64,000 bases of DNA from NCBI GenBank assembly GCA_051294905.1, contig CM119378.1:11160001-11224000 (forward strand), given 5' to 3'. Below, in pieces: positions 48,130-61,228 of the stretch. This DNA is from Botryllus schlosseri (Eukaryota). Position 1 is the first letter of the stretch; each line of letters opens with the position of its first letter. Made by a program: the position numbers and the translations under genes. The notes below the pieces were generated by a model. It saw only the letters and a program-made list of their open reading frames with translations, did no database searches and was not told where the DNA came from.

Positions 48130-50258
48130 TCAGCTTGCCACTTTTATCATCTTGCCACCTTTCAACGATTTCTCCCATTGCTTCTTGTGCATCATGTATA
48201 CCTTCATGGTGGCCTGAGCGTCCTGTACAGAGCTGTGCTCCCCACTCTGTACTTGCACCCCCAGCAACTTGGAGCTGAGCAGTTTCAACGACGGTGTCTT
48301 GCCGTTATTTAGCGCAATAAATGGTGAATATCTGTGGAGCAGAGACATACAGAACTCATTGCAGAACAAAATCTGAGTGGTCGATTTTACGTTAATGGAC
48401 AAAGGGATGAATGCTCAAATATGGTGTAGTACAAAGTTTGTGTCAGGAATAAGGTGATTACTTTTTGACTTTCCTTAAAAAGTCTTAAATGATGGCGCAG
48501 AAGGTTTTAATCTAGGGTTACCATACGTCCTCTTTTTTTAAAATGTCCTTGGAGGACGCCTAACTGTCCTCTATTTTGAGAATTTTGGTTAAATGTACGT
48601 GGAAATTGGCCAGGTCGACAGGTTTTTCTAGACTTGAGCCAGAAAAATAACTATTTTAAGTCAACCGACGGCAAATCTTATAGAAAGCCGTTAATTCGGA
48701 ATTGGTGCCGGAAAGATGACTCTTTTTAGTCATCCAACCTTTAAGTCGGGAAAAATTTACCATTTGTCAGGATTTTATTCCAGTATTGTAAGTCTGAAAA
48801 TTTTGAAAAAGTGTCCTCTTAAGATTTCCAAAATATGGTAACCCTATTCTAATCCTAATGCCGGATACTTATTGCCCTCACACCATGAAGCACACATAGA
48901 TACTTTGTACTTGTAAAGATCAATGAAGGCCATGGGCAAAAAGCAAGTAATTCTTGCTAGTTCTAACTGTTCATAGCCACTGGAGTTACCTCAATACAGG
49001 CAATGTATTCTAGTAAGCCCTTCGTTACTGAATGTACCCTACTCCTTATGTGTAAAATTGTAAATACATTCGGGCACGGTAGGAAAATATACCACTTACG
49101 ATGATGTGTCTCTGATTAGTCTTTTTGGATGATTCAGGTATAATGCCTTCAAGTCGTGATGCACCGCATGCCCCACTAGAATTCGATCCTTAAGAATTTC
49201 AGCCACCTCTCTTTGAACCACTGAGAATTCATCGGCACCCTTGAGATCTGACGGTCGTATTCCGCTATTGAGCAAAACAGTGTGGTAGAGGTGAGATTAC
49301 AAATAAGGTTTTTCTACCTACCTAACCCATGTTCTGTAGTCTGTTATTTCTTCATCGACTTTGACATGTTTGTCGTAAATGCGCTTACCATATTGGTTGA
49401 CAATTGATACTCGTGCCAGGGCAGAACGTGATCCTCTCTTGCCGGTTCCTACCATTTCACAGTCAATTCCCACAGCCTGATAAGTTAAATTTACCAACAA
49501 TCAGAACGATTCAAGCAATTTTTTTCAATTCTGAAACATTTTGTTAACAATTTTCCAAGGTTGCACAATGCCATCACCATTTAGAAATACACATATTGAT
49601 CTATTTCATACACAAATATCAAATTCGCTTCATATGTCAATTCATACCCGAAACTAGAAGGTGTTTCAATAAGATTATCACCTCTGTACCCATACCCTGA
49701 GCTCAATCAGGAAGGTACAAATATGGCCTGCGGCCATTATGCACAATTGGGACAGTAGGCCTACTGTACTTTTTAGAACTACTAGCAGTACCTATATGAA
49801 GCACTTACTCAGTGGAACGTAATCTCGTTTTAGTACACTCCTACTTCAAAAGATTTCAAAACCAAACTACTACATTTTTAATGAACACTTACTTTCGTAA
49901 CGCCCTCATAAGCGTTATTTTTTACCAGACCCTTATCCACCCCGACAAGGGTTTCAGAGCTGTTTTGTGATATGCCTTCTGCAAGCAATATTTCCTCATC
50001 CGGTACATCATCAAACCAAATTTCGGCTTTCATTTCTGGTTTTGCAGCTTTCAGTTGTTGTTTTTTCATACTCGGCCTCTTTTTATGAGGGGGGGCCTTA
50101 GTTTTCAATTCGGCTTTCAACTTCTTCCAGTTTTGATCGCATTCGCTTTTCTTGGACGGTGGTGGCGGTACCGATTCTGCCTTCCGCTTTTTACCACGAT
50201 TCTTGCGTTTATGGGTGATCCCCTTTTCTTTTACAGATCCAGGAGACACCTTTATCAT
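48130..50258 (-). CDS. REXO4: RNA exonuclease 4 (DEDDh 3'-5' exonuclease), 295 aa
   Basis: Exons 50258-49893, 49476-49322 ([10 protein letters not shown]), 49264-49100 ([15 protein letters not shown]...IRDTS), 48331-48130 ([13 protein letters not shown]). Total 888 nt, frame consistent. Lys-rich N-terminus and the WFDDV motif typical of REXO4. Confidence 0.92.
48513..48846. mobile_element. hAT MITE (334 bp) in a REXO4 intron
   Basis: TIR TAGGGTTACCATA...TATGGTAACCCTA. TSD TTTTAATC/TTCTAATC (7 of 8 match). Confidence 0.85.
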
Positions 50259-50764
50259 GTTTACGTTTTGTAACCTTGGCCAGTAATGGAAATCTCCTAT
50301 AATCGTTGAATATGAGTGAGGGACACTCCAAACGACCGCAGACTGATCAGGAGCAATCAACAGGCATTCGATTTCGAACTGCGAGTATGCAATGGATTTG
50401 AGTGTGAAACCAATATACAGAATATCCCCCCTTTTGTAAGCTACGTTAACCTTAAAGTCAACATGTAGTACTGCCACATCAACCACAACTTTCAGCAGCA
50501 GGGCTAATCGAGAATTTGCGATTATCAAGACGTTCAGATTCTCAGGTCAGCTCGGAAGCCCGCAGACGTAGTAAACAAACGCATGCAGGTACGTGGTCAA
50601 GCGTGACGGAAAGAGCCATTGACTTCTAACACAAAAGCGCAGCAGTTGACATGCCACATGATGAAGGAGTGATATTAATCGTTTTGAAACTATGAATTAA
50701 ATGGCAGAAACTGTACCTAGCCTGTATTTATAGACCCATAGTTGAGCATGAGGTTTCCTTTCTT

Positions 50765-51220
50765 GGATGCAGGATATCCGGCAAACCATTGGACACATGT
50801 TTTCGATTTGGCATTTGATGTTCGGGAGTGGCACTCTGAATCGGACTCGCGACTCTGTGCATAGGAGTTGCGACTCCGACTCCACAAAATTTAAATTCAC
50901 GACTCGGTCAATTTTGACGAAGCGCATCCGGCTCCGATTTCCTTTTCGCGCGTCGTCGGAATTGGGACTCCGACTCTTCCTCGAGACTTCCAATGTAAGT
51001 TCTACGTTGAATTTCAATCCAGCTGCGAGTCAGAATTCTATTTGCTGCCACGCTGACTCTGTAATTGTGTCAACGAGTACGACTCTTACTTATACTTACT
51101 ACTCCCTCCGATAAAAAAAAAATGGGAATCCAACTCTTCCTTCGAATTCTAACAAATTGAAAAGTGAGTCTCTGACTCCGAGACAGGCAAAATGTCCCGC
51201 CCGACTAGTCCTTGCTCTCC
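50765..51220. mobile_element. GACTCC-motif MITE-like repeat
   Basis: Clustered CGACTCCGACTC motifs like the subterminal repeats of the other hAT MITEs here. Ends are poorly defined. Confidence 0.45.
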
Positions 51221-51344
51221 GTGCTCAAATCACTACCACATCCACGAAATTCATTGATTCTTATTCAACTCATGAAATAATGGTGAGTAGAGAGAGAGAG
51301 TGAGAGAGATGGAGATGTGATACGATCGTAAGGTCACCTAGTCT

Positions 51345-51510
51345 GTACCCCCGTTTTTTCTCCTCCATGCTATCCGTGGATGCTGTACGCCCAGCAGGAT
51401 AGCTGCGGATACCAGCTTGCGAGTCTTTGGTCTGGCCCGACCTGGAATCGAACCCACGACCTACCGATCAAGAAGGCGGACGCATCATTATTACTATCTC
51501 GCTCGGCGTG
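51345..51510 (-). mobile_element. tRNA-derived SINE (same family as 55745-56070)
   Basis: Minus strand reads ...CTTCTTGATCGGTAGGTCGTGGGTTCGATTCCAGGTCGGGCCAGACCAAAGAC..., with B box GGTTCGATTCC and a core shared with the second copy. Confidence 0.8.
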
Positions 51511-52660
51511 TAGTCTGCCGATTACACAACGGCCTACACAACAAACCTCAGAAGGTATCGACATGATATTGCGAATCATTGAAGTCATGTGATAAGCATG
51601 CAGCTTCCCAATCCGGAAATCTGTGTCCCCCATAACCAAAGTGATCAAAGTAGTCAGCATTGCGACTCGAGTAAGAGTAGAATTCACTGGTTTTAAATTT
51701 CTTCGTCTCAATATCGAATGTGTCACATTCGATAGTCTCAAGTCTCTCTCTCACTCTATCATCGGAAGAATATAATACTTTGACTTGACTGTAAATAGCA
51801 ATAAGTAGGTAAATCACAAAATATTTCGAAGTAGAAGTAGTAGCATAAAATCAGATTTACTCAAGTAAGTACTACAAGTAGACGAAAACTACTTCGTACT
51901 TTGTTACTGGCCAGTGTCCACCTCTGTGAATGAGTAGCAATTTTCAAGATGATTCAGAACTACTTCTAGTGAAAGTACAATATGATGGTCTCAAAAGTAA
52001 CCAAATAGTTTCGAGAAGTAGATTTGGTCGAAAGTCAGCAATGCGGACTGCGTATACTTTTGGCAGCTATAATTGAAGGTGGCTTACTTCGAAATTGACA
52101 AGGTGTATTGTCATGACTGACATATTTTGATTCACGACACTACAAACTAGCATAATTTTCGAAAATACTTCCAGTTATTGTGATATAAGGGCTATTTCGT
52201 CAAGTTGATATGCCAATTACAGCCACGAAAGGGATGTATAAATATCCTCAAACTGCTTTCCTCTTTGCAAAATATAATGAACATGCAGTCAAGTAGAAGT
52301 AGTGTAAGTAGGAATAGCCAACTTGAACTACATAAAAGTAGAGGTACTTTGATACTGACCACCTCTGCCCTTAACCATATCTCATGCAAGGCAACACAGA
52401 AACGTCTGGATGGTTACATAGACGTATATTGCACACGATTACTAAACATCAATCCTGTTGTGCATTGTAAGTCAAGCACAAGCAACACAAACAAAACGAT
52501 ATCCACAAAACGTACCAAATAACTCAGACACACGAGACCAAGATCCGTGAGTGAATGGAGATGTGATGACTTTGAACACGCAACATCTTTCACAAGACAG
52601 TTTGGGTTTCACTCTCAGAACCTCTAGGAAAAGTTACAAATCTGAGGTAATACTTTAATG

Positions 52661-55600
52661 TCATTTGAACAATAAATCCTCGTCTTCGTCATCGAGCATG
52701 TTCTTAGGCTCGTTATAACTTTGAACGCTCGGATCATTTCCAGCTTCCCATAGCGCTTCTCTTTCGGAAGCTCGAGCGACGTCTTCCCTTTCCTTGGCCT
52801 CGGCCTTCTTTTGCTGGATCTTCTTCAACCTGTAGAATTCCTCGCGATCGCCCTCATCCAATTCGCTGATGATGTAGCTGACCGTGTTCTCAATACGGGG
52901 TATGATAACTAAAAATGAATATTCAAAGCCCAATTACATAATATGCATATTTGACACAAACCAATTATTTTGGACACTAATCAGGGGCAATTGTCAGCAA
53001 CTAGAGAATTCAATCCACTTCTATTCAATTATGTCACATACATGACAATTCGAATTATGCAAGAGCTCTCTCAGTTGGCACAAATTAAGTTGCTGAATTT
53101 TGATTAAAGTTGATTTCAACACACACAAATAAAAGCATGGCCTCTCGACTATGCGAAATCTGTCGCCTCAATAATTTTGTTTAGATTTGAAGCACTTTTA
53201 CGAATGAAATTCTCAGAAGAGCCTGGCGATATTTCCCTTGCATCACATTAACTGTCAATTACTATCACACCTATTGGTAGCGTAATAGTCATTCTACATT
53301 AGTCGTGGAATTGGATCACACAATTTTGAAAGCAGCCAGTGAACCATCTTGCACTGATCTCGAAAATCAACACTTTTTTTGTAATTTTGTAGAAATTTAT
53401 GGCATTAATTCTACTTCATATCATCAATATCATCAATAATACTCGAGTACATGTAGAATTAAAGGCCTACTTGAAATTTACACTCAAATATTAGAAAAAG
53501 TAGCTGTTCATAAGATATGGATAAACTAGTTGTAGAAGTAGAAGCAGAAGATAGAAGCTTTGAAAATTATTAAGCATGACACAGCTCGAAGAAGTAGATT
53601 TGGATGATGCATGAGAGACTTTCTGTTGGTCAATCGCCGTTGACAGCAGGGTAGTAACCAATGTTCCCTTTAATTTTTCACGAGTCTGGGCAAACTCACT
53701 ATGCGGTCCATTGGACAACAGTTGGGTGTTGACTAAAAAAAAGTCATCACTTTGACTCAACTCAAGAATTGCGTCCAAGTCATACACTTTACAATTCAGT
53801 ATCGAGTTCGACTCACTTCTGTCAAATTGTCGGGTGATATCAAAGGTCTTTGAATTCATAATATACTCATTTTTCTCACTCTGAACAGGTTTATCAAATA
53901 GATAAAAGACAGTTTCTGGGCCTATTTTTCAATTGTCGGCACTGATATACAAAATTTCAGTAAGTCACGTACAATGTGCCGAGTCATTTGACTTGATCGA
54001 GTCAAGGGCAATGACTCAGATACAAGTCGAGTCAATACACAAATTGACTCGAGTCAGCAAAAAAATCACGAGTCATGAATCGAGTCATCACAACCTGGTT
54101 GACAGCTTTCAAAATTGCAAGCTGTATATTCCCTACTAACGCAAAAATACTAGTGACTCTCCAAATTGGTGCTCTTGATTGAATGATATTCTGTTTGGGC
54201 CAGTTCACCGATTGTTTGGACAATTTCATTTAGGTGACGCAAAGCTATTCAAAGTATGTAGTTTGACTTATAAATCAGTTTAAGTAGAAGTGGAAGTAGA
54301 GTACAAGTACACAAAACCTATTGAGTACTACAAAAATTTAGAAACACTTCATTAATGTTACTGAACACCTCTATCAACGACTATTATAGTTTGGCAGCCT
54401 CTGCAATCATGTTTATATCCAAAGCTCATACAATGTTACACAAAAATCGACCTCATGCCGGGTCATGGCCAAAATGTTTCAAACCACAGGGTGCGGTCAT
54501 GACTACGTAATTTTCCATTGCAGCAACAACAGCAGCTTTCAAATTTCAAATTCCGGAGCAGTATCCTTACCATATTCAATAGCATTGACCCTTCGGTTTG
54601 TAATTTTGATGGCTTCATCCAAAGTTACAAATGATGTTTGAAGAGACGCGAGATCTACTAATAGTTGGATGGCCTTGGCATATTTTTTCTTTAGTCTAGA
54701 CAGCTGTTCTCCTCCCCTCGAAAGACCCGTCAATTCATAGCTATCTGTACCATCTTCATAATGTTCAAACACGGGAATGTTGACACCTGAAAGAGAAAGC
54801 GATGCATTAGCAGATTGCTTCAATTCCTAGAAAGTGTTGCATCTTGAAAGTTCACTTGTAGACTGATTGAGATTGAGAATACAAATTTGATGTTTCGTTA
54901 CTAGATTCTCACAAATTTGCCGGGGGTGCAGTTTTGATTTCAATTAATCAGTATTTGTACTACAGTATTTGTATTGAATTATCCGAAATAGCACAAGCAT
55001 GTCTTGACTAGTCAGTTCTACACAACACACATTTACTGCAGAGATTGGCAAAGTCCTTTAATCCACATAATACAGAGCAGGGAATGAAATCAGAGCAAGT
55101 AAAGTCCTACAAGGAACTAGCAGAGAAAGTGGTCGCTGGTAGCTTTACTATGGTTACCTGCCACATTCTCCTTCTTTGTGCGCACCTTAACTTGTGCCCG
55201 TGTCACATTTTGCAACACCACAGGAGAGTAATCACCGCCAGTGAACTTTGCTTCAGCTAATGAGAATGAGGCCTCCTTCATGACATCGCCCATCAATTGT
55301 TTTGCCTGAAAACAGAGAGTGAATAGTTTTCATATGGCAATTATGATAGGTACTATTTAATTTAATTCAAAAGTTATTGATCTTTCCGACATGTGTTCCG
55401 CAACAAACTACAAATTTTTACTGACCAACCACCTTAATATAGCATAATTTTGAGTTATTGAATGATGAGTTGGTAGGAAAATTGATGGGGACTAAATATG
55501 GTGCTTCAGGGACAACAAAAAGTATACTTACGAAGTTAATTGTTTGGAAATTGCACAAATACAAAACATATGTATCGTACAAACTTTGATAAGATTGTTG

Positions 55601-56539
55601 ATGTTGGTTGTAGATTGGCAAATCAGGCCTAGAAATGATAAAACATATCCCTAAAAATCTAATTCAGACATGTTCATCATCGATCCGTGCTCGAAGAATA
55701 TTATTTGCTAAGTTCGTTTTTGACGACAGCTGTGCGCACAAGTTAGTTAGTGCAAGCATAGTAGTGAAGCGTAGGGCTTCTTGATCGGTAGGTCGTGGGT
55801 TCGGTCCCTGGCCGGGTCAGACCAAAGACCTGATTAGTAACACTGGTATCCATGTCTTCCCTGTTTGGCGCTCATGCATTACTGGGATAGCATGGAGGGG
55901 TGAAGCAAGACTTAGAAAGCAGTACAAGGCTATATCTGCACCTTCCTTGTCCAGCGGCATATGCACGCCATGTACTCATGGTATGCATATGCTCAGGTCG
56001 TGCGTATGTGTATCATGAGTCGGTGTATATGCCGCAGAAACATCAAGGACAAAAATAAATCACACCCTTTCCAATAAATAAAAGCAATGGAAATGAAGTG
56101 AAACGTGTCGTTACTAAAAATGGATATGTGACCATATGTCTAATTGTGATCCGGTAATCACATACACAGACCATAACAGTCAGTCAGTCACAACTATTTT
56201 GATTTGTTTCCATGCAATAAACTGTCTATGCTACGTCGGTTAAGGCAACAATGGTTCATACCTCAATTATTTTCTTAAGAATTGATCGAAATCTAACTGT
56301 TAGTGCATCGGCTTTCTTCTTTAGAAGACTGTGACCTTTTTGCGCGCCCTTTAGTCGCGCCTTCATTGCAGTCAAATTCCTAGAACACAACGGCATTTCA
56401 TGATCATCAACATTTATTACAATATTTATCAGTTCAAACACCACAAGATTATGGTATAGTGACACGATACTTCAAGCAGTACTGTAATTTGAACTCACAT
56501 TCGAGATGGAAATATTGCGATGCGATCCCTGTTAGACAT
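52661..56539 (-). CDS. ATP6V1D: V-type proton ATPase subunit D, 256 aa
   Basis: Exons 56539-56499 ([13 protein letters not shown]), 56379-56262 ([22 protein letters not shown]), 55305-55158, 54786-54571 ([10 protein letters not shown]), 52908-52661 (IIPRIENT...EREEF-like [12 protein letters not shown]). Total 771 nt, frame consistent. Confidence 0.95.
55745..56070 (+). mobile_element. tRNA-derived SINE with conserved central core, in an ATP6V1D intron
   Basis: B box GGTTCGGTCC followed by GGGTCAGACCAAAGAC...CTGGTATCC...CTTCCCTGTTTGGCGCTCATGCATTA, homologous to 51345-51510. Confidence 0.8.
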
Positions 56540-58921
56540 GTCGGGATTCAGAGATATCCACGAAACTACCAGCGAACAAAAATATATCCCGCTCAGTTAC
56601 TGCAAGAGCTGACTGCTGAGTTGAGTAAGTAAGTAGGAGTAAACAGCAAAAATCGACAAACCGGAACGCGTGAATTTGTAATGTGGACGGAAACCACTAT
56701 CGCGACGGTTTAGAAGAGCTTCTCAAAATCACCTGGTTTGATAGAATTATCCTTTAGCAATGATCTATTTATTCCCATCCTTTTATACTGAACAAATATT
56801 TACTATATTTTAAATCTAGACGTTTTCTTCTCATGCTATGCCACTTCTGAGGTAAGCTTTACCAGAAACAAATTCCTGCAACCGCTGAACTCGACACACC
56901 GCCATGAGAATCTGTAGTCACGTTTATATCTTTTTAATCATTTTGCTGTCCACCTCGATCAACGAAGCAATTCTCACGTGACGAGTTCTGCGAGATCACA
57001 TCAATCATGCCACCTCTTTATTCTTCAAGTTTTTACTACTAAACTATGTACGTTGGTTACTACCGTAGGTTAGTTATCTATAGTTTAACTGCAGCTGATG
57101 ATGATAGTGCACCCTCTTCTCGTCTGAATATATATATATATAGCTAATTTAGCCATGGTAACGTGTTATTGTGGCTCCTCTATTTTCACATTACCGGTAT
57201 TCCTGAATTTTAATGCATACCGTATTAAATATGCTCCTGTTCAACGCTCTGTGGTGGTACGTTATTTTCAAGGTTCTTATTCGCACTGTTCCTGCGATAT
57301 TAATGCATATTAGACATATTCTGGATCAACAATGTGTGGTGATATAGTATATATATATATAAATACATTCGGGACACCACAGGAGTAGCCTAACTGAGCG
57401 TGATTTCATCACATCAAGTTGCACCTACTCTATCCTTTTTATTATATCTTTTTATTATATCGTGATCAGGTACTAACAGAGGAAAGTATATAAATGCATA
57501 CAAGCAAGGATTATGTACTGCCTGAACTTAAACTCCTATCACAAACAACCACTGAGTGAACTGCATGAAAACAATCTTACTGTCGGTCCCATTCCCAGAT
57601 ACGCAAGATCAATGTAACAAATTGTTTTTCCTTCATCAGTATACTGTAGCACAGTGAGCAACCATTGACACATTACAGTAAACAAAGGGAAACATTGGAT
57701 CGACTAAACCCTGGATCGACTAAACCCAGGGGTCTGAAACTCAAATGTGCTTGTGGGCCAATTTCCTAGTTTTAAATGACGCCGCAGCACCAATATGGGG
57801 TACGGTATGCAAATGGCTTTTCAAGTAGACGGGATCTTGCAGACTGACATTCCACAAACATGAAAATGTGATATAGCAATTCACGTTCATCACAAAAATC
57901 ATACGTTTTCAAATATCTGAATAGAATTGTTGAAGGCTCCTTGGTAGAGAGTAAGCATAAATTGTTAGAATTATGATATGTAGACACCATGCGAGAGGAA
58001 AAATGTATCGTATCATCATTAAAGCTGTCGTGTGGTGATTTCGCAGCTATAGGTGACTTCTGAATTGCCTACGTATAGGTAGAATATTATATAATCCAAC
58101 AAAGACCGATCTGATATCACAGCATTTGAGCAGTGTAGCCTAGTCGGGTATGCTGCACGGCCATTGATCATATCATTGCCCATGTCAAAGTATAACAGCG
58201 TTTGATTCGCCTTTGAATATTGAAATAAAAAATTACAACATTAATATCATAATTTATGTGCCATGATAATAGATATGTCCGATCGCAGAACCACCCGTTG
58301 GTGTTTCAGCAGTGTAACGTACCACAATGCTGCTAGCCACTTTTCATATATCTAACCACACATTGTACAATAATACAGCAATCTTGAGAGTGAATTTCAG
58401 ATTTCCAAATCTAAAAAAATATACGTGGCACTTGAATATTGTCAAATTCTTGAATATCCAAAAATTTTCTCATGTGTTTGAGACCCCTGGAATAGTCCAT
58501 CCATCACACAAAAATTTGAAAACAAAGATAAGGCTATCCTGTGAAAAATTGGCGGGTATTTTTATGAAACCTTGATGACTTTGAGAGTATCTCACGAAAA
58601 TTGATAAGCATGGGCATGGGCCACCTTCTCTGTCGATTTCACTCTAATCTGGGTGATATGACACTCGATTTCACTCTAATCCCCGGTGGTGATATGACAC
58701 AAATGTGAAGGGGAGGGCCTAATGATTATTTTTGTATCTGCACCAAATTCAGGACAATGCCACAATCAATGTATGTGGTAGAGGTAAGATTCTACATATG
58801 ATCATTCCGTACCCACACAGGACTACACGCTGAACTCCTTGGTCATGTTTACTCGAGAGAGGCCAGGTGGTGGTGCTTGACTTATACCAGTGGCACTGAA
58901 TAACCATGCGACATGCTGCGA

Positions 58922-59432
58922 TCACACCAGTCTTCCTGCGATAGCAATAATTTTCGACATCTGGACTCTGTCTTTCCAGACGCGTACACCTCTCAGATAC
59001 GCAGGTATTGGAACTGTTATTCTTGTTCCTTCAGGAGTACCATCATCCCCAATAAGGACCACATTGTTCGAATCCATTCTAGCAACCATTGGTCCCATGG
59101 GCTGTTTTTGCCCGACTATTACAGCCTTCTTTAAAATACCACCGATCGCTAATAAAACGACATCTCCGACTCTTCCAAATCCAGTCTTGTGGTAAACTTG
59201 TATCACAGTCGGATATCGATGATAAGCTTGCAGAGCTAGTTTGCTATTGTCAACAACTCTTACACGAGTCAACTTTTGAAATGCTTGTCGCTGAACAAGT
59301 TTCGTATCACGCTTTCGGTCCCTTACGTTGCCTACCCCAAACTTCTGTCCATAGTTGACATTTTCGTAGAACACTTGGTTGTCATACTCGAAGAGATTGG
59401 GATTGTTACAAACGCAGGATGTAAAAAGGTCC
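58922..59432 (-). CDS. MRPL14: Mitochondrial ribosomal protein uL14m (main exon; start exon unresolved)
   Basis: Motifs QKLTRVRVVDNS, GRVGDVVLLAI, MDSNNVVLIGDDGTPEGTRITVPIP and SKIIAIA. The frame is open back to a TTGCAG acceptor at 59432. I could not place a convincing phase-matched upstream exon. Confidence 0.9.
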
Positions 59433-61228
59433 CTGCAATATTTAAAAGTAAGTTCACCGTCACTTAATTGAAAATATTTATCAAATAAAATACACTACTA
59501 GATTGCAATAACGATAATATAGGAGGGTGCCGAAACAACTTGGAGTAGTCTTGTAATCAGCCACGCACCTTGGCCTTGAGCAGCAGTCTCAAATTCGCTT
59601 GTGGGCCCATTTCCTTGTTTTTGAAGACGGTGCAGGCCACAGCATCAATTCAATATCTTTACAAGTGGCAAGTAGGCATTATTCGACGGGGACTTTGCAG
59701 AATGACATACCACCCCCATCGTGAAAATGGATTTACTATGAGCCAATTTACGACGACACGAAAAAATTACATTTTTAAATATTTGAACAAAATTGTTCAT
59801 GTCTGTGCCTTCGATGCGGGCTGCGTGTTTGAGATCCCCGGCCTAGAACATGTTAGTAAGATGCATGCACGCTAGATTTATGAAAATATGGCATAAAAGT
59901 AACGAAAATGAATGTGGCTTGTGTCAGTAGGCAAGGTCGATATGTCACATTGTGGTATTATACGGTGGGAATAGGAATGACCTTCGGCTTAAATTTACGG
60001 TAGGCCTATATGATTGGTCGCGGTCTGGCGTCTGACAATATTGAGGGTTGACTATTATAGAGTATTGATGCCGCATAGTTGTAAAAGTTTTTTGTCGTAA
60101 TGTCTCACCTCTTCCCGAACCTTGATACCCCTGGATTGTTAACGGCTTTAAGCAAACGCAGCATGAGTTGATTCAAATCTACAAACAAATATATCCCATT
60201 AAAAAATTACTTGCAAGGAACAGGATGCCGGTCGGTTGGTCGCCGTTCACGCAAATTTGCGATGTTTGTGTTACCGTGAAACACTGCAGATATTCAAGTG
60301 AAGCACTATTAAGTCGAAGTATTTTTTCTTTTATTTATTTCATCAGTTTTCAATATCGCGATACAATGGAAAAATAACTTGAATCGACTTGCTGATTGAT
60401 GCAGTCTGTTGACCAAACATCAACCTTAGTTGATATATTATAACTACGGTTTACCACTGATTCGGTGGAGGCATGACTGGCTGCAAACGCGAAGGGGTTT
60501 GCCACTTACTAGGGCTTACAATGAAAGAACATTTTCCTGATTGGTATCGTCTCCTCCCCTTTTACAACTTCAGAGTTCCCTATATGGGGCTCATCAAAAT
60601 ATTGAACGCTGCAAATTGCTAATAAACCAATGATGGTCCAAATTATCGTAGTACCTACCCAACCATATTATGAATCGGCAGTTTCCAGTAGTACTGAATC
60701 ATGGTACGTAACGATACAGTCCAGCCGGAGCCCGAAGTGTGCGCATTTGCGATTAATGGCCGGTAAAGCAGTCCTGATACGAAAGGTTTTGAGTGAATGT
60801 AGACAGAGGCAGACCTAATACCGCGTCTGATTTGAATGATCTGGTTCTGATAGGCACTGCCTGATTACCGTACTGAACTGAACGTGTTAATGGAATGCTT
60901 GAGCCATTGTCGCCAGCTATAAGATTACCAAAGATGCAGATTCCATAGTGTTGTTCGAGCAATTTGCGATTTCAATGCCAGGTCAGCCGTTAGGACTATA
61001 GGACCCAACTGTTTCGTTGGATACTGATAACCTCACTTTTTCTCTCGTCACCATGGCTATTACGGTTAGGTACGAGTACAGTATGGATGATTAACCCATA
61101 GTAGTAGAGTGTATAATATATAGTAAATTTGTATTGCTATTGGTATATTGTCAACTGTTCTAATATGGGGCGCCCTTTAAGCATTTCACACAGTAATAAA
61201 TATAGCTTATTGTCCAGAAGTTGCAGAC

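Noticed and set aside
57800-57990. Minus-strand peptide YDFCDERELLYHIFMFVEC resembling a LINE C-terminal zinc knuckle
   Set aside because: Too short and degenerate to support without a profile search.
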